The notes below the pieces were generated by a model. It did no database searches, had not been told where the DNA came from, and worked only from the letters and a program-made list of their open reading frames with translations. From the NCBI GenBank assembly GCA_963801315.1, contig CAWDEI010000006.1, positions 325,146 to 389,145 of the forward strand: 64,000 nt of DNA. The letters run 5' to 3'. The position numbers and the translations under genes were made by a program. The DNA comes from an uncultured Acidimicrobiales bacterium (lineage in GTDB: Bacteria > Actinomycetota > Acidimicrobiia > Acidimicrobiales > CAVXTF01). Shown here piece after piece: positions 55,068-64,000 of the stretch; position 1 is the first letter of the stretch; the number at the start of each line of letters is the position of its first letter.

Positions 55068-58000
55068 GTGAGCCTGCGTTCTCTTCTGGCATCCGTTCGC
55101 GGTAGCGAGCCCTTCGCGAGCGCTCTCGACTCGTCAGAACCCGTCGTAGCGGTGCCCGAGGTCGCAAGGGCTTACGTGCTGGCGGCACTGGCGACGGCCG
55201 GGGCACGTTCCCCCATCGTTGTCGTGACTCCGACGGCGACCGACGCCGAGCACATCTGGCACGACCTGCGGTCGTTCGTCGAGCCCGCCACCGTCGAGCT
55301 GTTCCCGGCGTGGGACACACTGCCGTTCGAGCGGGTGAGCCCCGAAGTCCAGACGATGGGCCAGCGTCTACGGGTCCTCTGGCGACTGGGAGCGGTCCCC
55401 CGCACGACGCCCCGAGGCACAGAGGAGGGGGGTGCCGAGGAGAACGGCAACAACGTTGCCCGAACCGATTCCTTCTCCTCGCCCCCGGCTCCGGACCCCC
55501 CGGCCGTAGTGATAGCCCCAGTGCGAGCGCTGCTTCAGATCATGCCGTCGAGCCTGGATGCAGCACGCCCGATCGCGGTGTCGCGCGGCGACCGGATCGA
55601 CCAGGACGGGCTGGTCAGACGCCTGGTGGAGATGGGTTACCGGCGCGAATACCAGGTCGAGCACGTGGGCGAGGTGGCCGTCCGCGGTGGGATCGTCGAC
55701 GTGTTCCCTTCCACGTCGGAACTCCCCGTGCGTATCGACCTCTGGGGAGACGAGGTCGACCGGCTCACCACTTTCGATCCGAGTGACCAGCGATCGGTGG
55801 AGCCGCTCGAGCGGGCAATCGTGTTCGGTTGCAGGGAGCTCGTGCCGAGCGACGAGGTCCGTGAACGCGCTCGTGAGCTCGTGAAGAGCGAGCCATGGGG
55901 CCGCGCCCACTGGGACCGCCTGGCCGACGGCCAGTGGTTCGACGGGATGGAGTCCTGGCTCGCATGGCTCGTGGACGATCCGTTGATCCTCCCCGACCTG
56001 CTCGGTGACGAGGCGCAGATCGTGCTGGTCGAGCCGCGAAGAGCACGCGACAGGGCATCGGAGCTCGAGGGAGACGAAGCCGCGTTGGCCCAGGCGCTGG
56101 CACAGACCTGGGGGGCGTTGCCCCACGATTCGGCGCCAGACCCCTCCTCGAGCGCCGGCGACGAGCCGGGCGTCGATGTCACCTTTTCCCCGCCTCCACG
56201 TATCTTTCGACCGGCTGTTCGCGCGCAGCAGAGCGCCGGTCACGAGCTTCGTGGCGGTCGCAGACGGCCCCCGGACTCCCGAGATCGCAGCAAGGGGGTG
56301 GCCACCGGCCCACGGGGACCGGGCGGCTCTGGCGGTTCAGCTCGGCAGGCTCGTGGCGGACGGCTTCAGTGTGACGATCTGCGTCGGCAGCGAGGGGGCG
56401 GCCCACCGGATGGTCGACGTGCTTGCCGAAGAGGGCCTCGAGTCGGTCTTCGAGACTTCCGATGGTGTCCTTTCAGGCCCGGGGGTGCATGTCTTCGTAT
56501 CTCACCTCGACCAGGGCTTCGTCGTGCCCGCGGCCAAGGTTGCAGTCCTGACCGAGCAGGACATGACGGGCCGGCGCCGAGCGCACCGGGCGCCGAAGGC
56601 ACGGGCGCGCCCGACCGACGGGTTCTTCGACGACCTGTCCACGGGCGACTACGTCGTGCACCGCCAGCACGGCGTCGCCCGCTACGGCGGGATGGTCACC
56701 CGCACCGTGAACGGCGCTTCGCGCGACTACCTGCTGCTCGAGTACAGGGGCGACGACAAGCTCTACATCCCGACCGAGCAGATCGACGTCCTCACTCCGT
56801 ACACGGGCGGCGAGTCCCCGTCGCTCAACAAGCTCGGCGGGTCCGACTGGCAGCGTACGAGGGCCAAGGCCCGCGCCGCGGTCCAGCAGATCGCACGCGA
56901 GCTGGTGGAGCTCTACAAGGCGCGGCTGCTGGTGACCGGTCATGCGTTCAGCCCGGACACCCTGTGGCAGCGCGAGGTGGAGGACGCCTTCGGGTACGTG
57001 GAGACTCCCGATCAGCTGAAGGCGATCGAAGAGGTCAAGCGAGACATGGAGTCTTCGACCCCGATGGACCGCCTCGTATGCGGTGACGTCGGATTCGGCA
57101 AGACCGAGGTGGCCGTCCGAGCAGCGTTCAAGGCCGTGCAGGACGGCAAGCAGGTAGCGGTGCTCGTTCCCACCACCCTCCTCGCCCAGCAGCACGCGCA
57201 GACGTTCGCCGACCGCTTTCGATCGATGCCGGTGCGCGTCGCGATGCTCTCGCGTTTTCTCACTCCCTCTCAGGCGAAAGAGGTTCTCGCTGGTCTTACC
57301 GACGGTTCGGTCGACGTCGTCGTAGGAACTCACCGGCTTCTGGTCGCGGGAGTCAAGTTCAAGGATCTCGGGCTCCTCGTCGTCGACGAGGAGCAGCGGT
57401 TCGGCGTCTCTCACAAAGAGGCGGTGAAGGCGCTCGCCACAGGGGTGGACGTGCTCACGCTCACCGCGAACCCGATACCGAGGACTCTGGAGATGGCCCT
57501 CACCGGCATCAGGGACCTGTCGCTCATGAGCACGCCGCCGATGGCTCGCCAGCCGATCCTCACCTATGTCGGCGAGTTCGAGGAAGCGGCCGTCGTAGAA
57601 GCGATCAGGCGCGAGCTGCTTCGCGAAGGTCAGGTCTTCTACGTCCACAACTGGGTGCAGAACATCGAAGCCGTGGCGGCCCGCCTGCGCCAGCTCGTCC
57701 CTGAGGCGCGCGTCGCGGTCGCCCACGGTCAGATGGACGAGGGCACGCTCGAGCAGGTGGTCGTCGACTTCTGGGAGCGGCGTTACGACGTCCTCGTGTG
57801 CACGACGATCATCGAGTCCGGGATCGACATGCCCACGGTGAACACCCTCGTGGTGGACCGCTCCGACCGGCTCGGCCTCGGCCAGCTCCATCAGCTGCGC
57901 GGCCGCGTCGGGCGCGCCGGGCAGCGCGCGTACGCGTACCTTCTTCATCCTCGCGACAAGGTCCTCACCGAGGCCGCATACGAGAGGCTCCGGACGATCG

Positions 58001-58734
58001 GCGAGCACACCGAGCTCGGCAGCGGCTTCAAGATAGCGATGCGCGATCTCGAGATTCGCGGAGCCGGCAATCTGCTCGGCATGGATCAGTCCGGGCACAT
58101 CGCGGCGGTGGGCTACGACCTGTACGTCCAGCTCGTCGCGGAGGCCGTCGCCGAGATGAAAGGCGAGCCCCTCCGGGTGCCGGTCGAGCTCAACATCGAC
58201 GTGCCGTCCGATGCGCACCTGCCGTCCGACTACGTCGCACGCGAGGATCTCCGGCTCGAGGCATACCGCCGCCTGGTGCAGGTCGTGACGCACGATGAGG
58301 TGGACGACGTCCGCTCAGAATGGATGGACCGCTTCGGGCCGCCTCCACCCCCTGCAGAAGGCTTGCTCGCCGTCGCCCGGCTCAGGGTCGAGTGCCTGCG
58401 GACCGGTGTGACCGACGTGACCGTGACACCGCTTCGTCCCGGGCAGCGAGGACCAGGCACGAACCGATCGCCGGCAACGGGAGCGCGGCGGCTCGTGGCA
58501 CGAATTTCGCCGATCGAGCTGCCGGCGAGCGCAAAGGTCCGGCTCCATCGCCTTCACCCCGACTCCATCCTCAAGGACTCCGCCAGCCAGCTGATCATCG
58601 GGCTCTCCGCCTCCGAGGACCCGGCCGTGCAACTCGCCACGATCCTGCGCGATCTGATACCCCCGGCGGAGGGACCGAGACAGGGAAGCGAGGCCGGCGC
58701 CGTGGGCGTCACCGGTAGCATTCCCCGACTGTGA
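55068..58734 (+). pseudogene. mfd: Transcription-repair coupling factor, single +1 disruption in a T4 run (56185-56188)
   Basis: The N-terminal 370 aa lie in the frame of ORF 55068..57086 up to ...EPGVDVTF. The continuation PRLHVSFDRLF...GDYVVHRQHGVARY...DVGFGKTEVA...DEEQRFGV...TPPMARQPI...HGQM... lies in the frame of ORF 56005..58734. Helicase motifs and the TRCF domain are present. Confidence 0.9.
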
Positions 58735-59855
58735 GGCGCCTGACTGTCCTTCTCGCTCTCGGAGCTGTTGTCGCGCTCGGATCTGCCTGCAACCTCACAT
58801 CGCCGGCGGCCACCGTGAACGGCACCCAGATATCCGAGTCCTCGTTGCAGTCCGAGCTCCAGCAAATCTCCTCGAACTCGAGCGTCAGGTGCGCAATCGG
58901 CCTGCTCACCGGTCAGACTGTCCCGGCACACGGGGCAGGCGATTCGACGGTTCCGACCAAGGTCGCCGACACGGTTCTCGACCAGCAGATCGAGCAGGTC
59001 CTCTACGACCAGGACCTTGCCCGCCTCCATACCTCCGTGGGAACGGTCTACACGAGCTTCGTGCGCGAAGAGCTTCCGCAATTCCTCACCCCAGCAAGCG
59101 GGACGTCGTCGCCTTGCGGGCTGAGCGGCTCCGATCTCGTCGCGGCGCTCCCTTCATGGTTCGTGAACCAGGAGGTCAACTTCCTGTCGGCTCAGGCCCG
59201 CCTTTCGACCGCTCTCGACCACACGGACATCGGTCCGGCAGGCGTGGACGCGTACTACGACAGCAGCACGGCAAAGAGCCAGTTCGCGGAGGTCTGCTTG
59301 GACGCCCTGGCCGCGAGCGACCAGTCCGCAGCCAAAGCCGCCAGGTTGAAGATCCTGGCGGGGGCCTCTTTCGCGAGCGTCGTCCGGTCATCGTCGATAA
59401 ACGGAACACCGGCACTCGTCCAAGAAGGCTTCACGCTGACGGGGGCGCTTCCGTGCATCCCGGCAGTCGACCTGGTCGACGACCTGCCGAATTGGGCCGA
59501 GGCGCTCATATTGGTGAACCAGCGGATCGGGTACCCGACTGCTGCGTTCTTGGACTCCTCGCAGGCGGACCAAGGAGGCACGAACGACTGGCTCGTGATC
59601 TCGCTCGTGCGCAAGCAGGAGGCCCCGCTCGACCAGCAGATCATCTTGGACATCCAGGGAACCCTGCTGAGCCAGAGTGAAAGCGACCTGGCCTCAGAAC
59701 AGACACGATTGCTTGCGCACGCGTCGGTGACCGTCGACCCTCAGTTCGGCTCCTGGAACCCGGGCAAGGCGGGATCGGCCCCCGAGGTTGCCGCCCCGCC
59801 GTTGCCGAAGAGCGAGTTCCTGCTCAACAGCAACGCGGATTCCGGCAGCTCTTAG
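58731..59855 (+). CDS. Lipoprotein, SurA-N/PpiC-chaperone-like candidate
   Basis: Intact 374-aa ORF. The GTG overlaps the mfd stop codon (GTGA). Signal peptide plus lipobox (LLALGAVVALGSAC). The functional call is weak; it occupies the position of a lipoprotein gene between mfd and mazG in related genomes. Confidence 0.55.
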   Translation: MRRLTVLLALGAVVALGSACNLTSPAATVNGTQISESSLQSELQQISSNSSVRCAIGLLTGQTVPAHGAGDSTVPTKVADTVLDQQIEQVLYDQDLARLHTSVGTVYTSFVREELPQFLTPASGTSSPCGLSGSDLVAALPSWFVNQEVNFLSAQARLSTALDHTDIGPAGVDAYYDSSTAKSQFAEVCLDALAASDQSAAKAARLKILAGASFASVVRSSSINGTPALVQEGFTLTGALPCIPAVDLVDDLPNWAEALILVNQRIGYPTAAFLDSSQADQGGTNDWLVISLVRKQEAPLDQQIILDIQGTLLSQSESDLASEQTRLLAHASVTVDPQFGSWNPGKAGSAPEVAAPPLPKSEFLLNSNADSGSS

Positions 59856-59864
59856 TCAGCCCCA

Positions 59865-61427
59865 GTGATCCCCGCCGCTCCCGGCAGCCGGGGAGCGATC
59901 CGATCAAGAGTGGAACCGGGTGGCTCCGAAGGTCCCGACCTGCCCAAGGTGATCGTCGTCGGCATGGGCCCGGCGGGAGCGGACATGGTCCCGGCGGCTG
60001 CCGAGGCAGCGATATCGAGAGCTGGGCGCGTGTTCCTGCGCACCGACAGGCATCCGTCCGCTCATTTCGTCCGGAATATCTCACCTGTGGAGGTGGCCTC
60101 CTTCGACCATATCTACGACGCAGCGTCCACCTTCGCCGAGGTGTACGACCGGATCGTGGAAGCGCTCGTGGAGGCCGCGTTCGAGGAAGCTGCGCTCGAG
60201 GACCCGGCGACCGGTGCAGCTTGTAGCGAGCCGGAAGGTGGATCCGGAGTTGTCTACGTGGTGCCGGGCTCACCGCTCGTGACCGAGCGCACGGTCGAGC
60301 TGCTGCGTGCGGATGATCGCCTCGAGATCGTCGTGGTACCTGCCATGTCGTTCCTGGACCTCGCCTGGCACAGGCTCGGAGTGGATCCGGTGGCTTCCTC
60401 GGTACGCCTCGTCGACGGGACCGACTTCGCCTCTCAGGCGGCGGGGGAGCGCGGTCCACTCCTCCTCGCCCAGACCCACAGCCGGGCGGTCCTTTCTTCG
60501 ATCAAGCTCGCCGTCGACGATCCACCGGACGGGGACGCCGCTGCCGTATTTCTCCATCATCTCGGGCTCGACGACGAGATCGTCTCGGGGGTGTCTTGGT
60601 CGGAGCTCGATCGCGTGAGCGGCTTCGAGCCCGATCATCTGACCTCGGTGTGGATCCCGAGGCTCCACGCCCCGGTCGCGGGCGAGATCGTCAGGTTGGT
60701 CGAGCTGGTGAGGACGCTGCGCGACCGGTGCCCATGGGACCAACGTCAGACCCACGGCTCGCTCGCACGGCACCTGCTGGAAGAGTCGTACGAGGTGCTC
60801 GACGCGATAGAGGACGTGGCAGCCTCTGTGCCCGACGTGAGTGAGGAGAGCGTCGCTCACCTCGAAGAGGAGCTCGGCGACCTGGCCTTCCAGGTCGTCT
60901 TCCATTCGGTGCTGGCAGCCGAAGAGGGCTGGTTCACGCTTGCCGACGTCTCGAGGCGCGTGGTCGACAAGCTCGTCGGACGACATCCCCACGTGTTCGG
61001 CGACGTCGTGGCAGACACGCCCGAGGACGTGGCGAGGCGTTGGGAGGTGCTGAAGCGCGAAGAGCCCGGCCGGTCGAGCGTCACTGACGGGATACCGCGC
61101 TCACTTCCCTCGCTCGCGCTCGCCGCAAAGCTCCAGCGCAAGGCTCAATCCGTAGGCCTGGCAGATCCCGGGCCCGCCCATGACCTCGAGGCCATCGTGG
61201 ACTGTCTCGACCGCCTCGCCGGAGAGCCGGCGGCTTCTACGGGCGAGACTCTCGAAGCAGAACGTTCCACCGTCAGTGAGGTCGGCGAGGCGTTGCTCGC
61301 CCTTTCGAATCTGGCCAGGCGCTTGGGCGTGGATCCCGAATCGGCGCTCCGGGCCCGCTGCCGGCGCCTTGTCGAGGAGATCCGCGAGGCCGAGAGCTCC
61401 GGGACCGAGGCGGCGCCAGCGACGTAG
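59865..61427 (+). CDS. mazG: Tetrapyrrole-methylase-like domain fused to MazG nucleoside triphosphate pyrophosphohydrolase (YabN-type)
   Basis: Intact 520-aa ORF. N-terminal VIVVGMGPAG...YVVPGSPLVTERTV (TP_methylase-like), then two MazG segments (LRDRCPWDQRQTHGSLARHLLEESYEVLDAIE...EELGDLAFQV). The start may be an internal GTG. Confidence 0.8.
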   Translation: MIPAAPGSRGAIRSRVEPGGSEGPDLPKVIVVGMGPAGADMVPAAAEAAISRAGRVFLRTDRHPSAHFVRNISPVEVASFDHIYDAASTFAEVYDRIVEALVEAAFEEAALEDPATGAACSEPEGGSGVVYVVPGSPLVTERTVELLRADDRLEIVVVPAMSFLDLAWHRLGVDPVASSVRLVDGTDFASQAAGERGPLLLAQTHSRAVLSSIKLAVDDPPDGDAAAVFLHHLGLDDEIVSGVSWSELDRVSGFEPDHLTSVWIPRLHAPVAGEIVRLVELVRTLRDRCPWDQRQTHGSLARHLLEESYEVLDAIEDVAASVPDVSEESVAHLEEELGDLAFQVVFHSVLAAEEGWFTLADVSRRVVDKLVGRHPHVFGDVVADTPEDVARRWEVLKREEPGRSSVTDGIPRSLPSLALAAKLQRKAQSVGLADPGPAHDLEAIVDCLDRLAGEPAASTGETLEAERSTVSEVGEALLALSNLARRLGVDPESALRARCRRLVEEIREAESSGTEAAPAT

Positions 61428-61486
61428 GGCCCCGCCTGCCCGGCCCTTGACTCCGCGAGCCGAGCAGCGCAGCACGCTAACTTTGA

Positions 61487-62806
<1,320 letters not shown>

Positions 62807-62997
62807 GCGACGCAAGCGGATCTCGGCCGAGGTCGCGGTCACGTACGCGCGGTTCGGCGCGCTCCCACAGGGCCGTGCAGGCTGCCGGTGCGGCGCGACC
62901 CGCGAAACGCGATGCCCAAGAGCCGGGGCTGGCAAAGCGGTACAGGCGCCATCGCGCGCGCGCTCACGTCCCGTCCGCTCCGACACCTGCAAGCCGC

Positions 62998-63564
62998 ATG
63001 GAACGCCGCAAGGCGATCAGCAGGCGACGCGCAAGGGTGGTGACCGTCGCGTGCCTCGGTTTTTGCGCTCTCGTTCTCGCAACCAGCTTCCCGGTCTCTG
63101 CGCTGATGCGCCAGCACCGGCAGGCCTCGGCAGCGACAGCGGAGCTGCGGGCGCTCACAACCGGGAACGATTCGCTCCAACAGCAGGCGAGCGAGCTTTC
63201 TCAGCCGGCCAACATCGCCACCCTTGCGAGGCAGGATTACGACCTGGTACGACCGGGCCAGAAGGCCTATACGGTGCTCCCGCTCCCAGGTTCCATGCAT
63301 TCCTCGGCAGCCTCGTCGGGGCACAGCTCGCTCGATCAGGCACCCGTAGCTCCGGGTTCGGCCGAGTCCGAGGCGCTTCTCGGTTACGGCGGCCTGAACG
63401 GGGCCGGAAACCATGGCGACTCGTCGCCCTCGACGAACCAGGGCCAGGGACAGGCCCAGGGCCAGGCCCAGGCCCAGGCTGGATCCTCCACCAAGAGCGC
63501 TCACGGCTTGTGGGGTCGCGTCCTGGACACGCTCGAAATTCTGGCGCTGACGATATTGGGATAG
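62998..63564 (+). CDS. ftsB: Septum formation initiator (FtsB/DivIC family) protein with a low-complexity C-terminal tail
   Basis: Frame of ORF 62590..63564, from the ATG at 62998. Basic N-terminus, one TM (VVTVACLGFCALVLATSFPV), a coiled coil and the conserved ...IATLARQDYDLVRPGQKAY motif. The C-terminal tail is rich in Gln, Gly and Ala. Confidence 0.7.
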   Translation: MERRKAISRRRARVVTVACLGFCALVLATSFPVSALMRQHRQASAATAELRALTTGNDSLQQQASELSQPANIATLARQDYDLVRPGQKAYTVLPLPGSMHSSAASSGHSSLDQAPVAPGSAESEALLGYGGLNGAGNHGDSSPSTNQGQGQAQGQAQAQAGSSTKSAHGLWGRVLDTLEILALTILG

Positions 63565-63573
63565 AACGTCGTC

Positions 63574-64000
63574 ATGGACGCCGGCGCGCCGTCAGAGTGC
63601 GATTCGGACGACCGGCGCATAGTCGCAGACCTGCTCGGTCGTCCGCCCAGTGGTGCGTTCGAGGTGGCCGTAAGGACGCCCAAGGGCACGCCGGTCGTGA
63701 TCCGGAACTTCCCGCTACTGGACGACGGAACGCCGATGCCCACTCGTTACTGGCTCGTGGACCGCAGGCTGTCCGGCGCCGTGAGCAGGCTCGAATCAGC
63801 TGGAGCCGTCCGCCTCGCGGAGCAGGAGACTGATCCCGACGAGTTGGCCCGAGCCCACGCCCGTTATGCGGCGGAGCGCGATTCCGCCCTTCGACCCGAC
63901 CACCGGGGGCCGCGGCCGTCGGGCGGGGTCGGCGGCACTCGACAGGGAGTCAAATGCCTACATGCCCATCTGGCCTGGTACCTCGCCGGAGGAGACGACC
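63574..64000 (+). CDS. DUF501 domain protein (Rv1025-like), 3'-truncated by the window end
   Basis: My own translation from the ATG at 63574: MDAGAPSECDSDDRRIVADLLGRPPSGAFEVAVRTPKGTPVVIRNFPLLDDGTPMPTRYWLVD...GGVGGTRQGVKCLHAHLAWYLAGG. The frame is open to position 64000. It is not in the ORF track, presumably because no stop codon lies in the window. Confidence 0.7.
   Translation, partial: MDAGAPSECDSDDRRIVADLLGRPPSGAFEVAVRTPKGTPVVIRNFPLLDDGTPMPTRYWLVDRRLSGAVSRLESAGAVRLAEQETDPDELARAHARYAAERDSALRPDHRGPRPSGGVGGTRQGVKCLHAHLAWYLAGGDD

Noticed and set aside
63441-63480. CAGGSC hexanucleotide repeat
   Set aside because: It encodes the QGQGQAQGQAQAQAG low-complexity tail of the FtsB/DivIC-like protein. 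This is common in actinobacterial division proteins and is not a separate element.

Overview
A 64-kb, high-GC (about 65-70% by eye) chromosomal segment with Actinomycetota-type gene content. I found no rRNA, tRNA, CRISPR array, transposase, integrase or phage gene. About 60 protein-coding genes are supportable.

Gene content:
- Housekeeping block at 40.8-64 kb, in the same order as M. tuberculosis Rv1014c-Rv1025: glmU-like, prs, a ketopantoate-reductase-like gene, rplY, pth, then mfd, a lipoprotein, a mazG-type gene, eno, ftsB/divIC and DUF501.
- accD1-accA1-acyl-CoA dehydrogenase cluster (35.8-40.7 kb), leucine/MCCase type.
- Divergent polyamine/GABA-type catabolic cluster (11.4-18.2 kb): FAD oxidoreductase, class-III aminotransferase, Lrp regulator, aldehyde dehydrogenase, APC permease.
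- Long minus-strand run (18.2-28.9 kb): thioesterase, ald, a GT-C-like membrane protein, a sarcosine-oxidase-like gene, SRPBCC, PspAA, PspA, an unknown protein, GNAT, acyl-CoA synthetase, anti-sigma, ECF sigma and a COG4315 lipoprotein.
- Polysaccharide locus (46.7-55 kb): a triple-GT4 protein, a coiled-coil methyltransferase, a lower-GC polytopic membrane protein and a coiled-coil GT4.

Most unusual observations:
1. An 820-aa secreted protein (2728-5190) is built from 13 complete plus one split copy of a 52-aa, two-cysteine repeat that I cannot place in a named family. The split copy looks like beta-propeller velcro closure.
2. Six unrelated loci each carry 3-4 tandem copies of a 15-24 bp unit exactly at gene boundaries. 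Several of these units duplicate a start or stop codon context.
3. Reading-frame disruptions are very frequent. Most are +1 single-nucleotide insertions and some fall in homopolymers. They affect conserved and essential genes (prs, pth, rplY with 4 sites, mfd, accA1 and others). More than a dozen, plus one in-frame TAG, are concentrated in the GT/methyltransferase genes at 47.9-51.3 kb.

The disruptions are most simply explained by indel-type sequence errors, with possible genuine decay in the glycosyltransferase locus. For that reason many long ORFs in the supplied track are chimeras of neighbouring genes or antisense artefacts. All family assignments come from reading motifs by eye; no database search was run.
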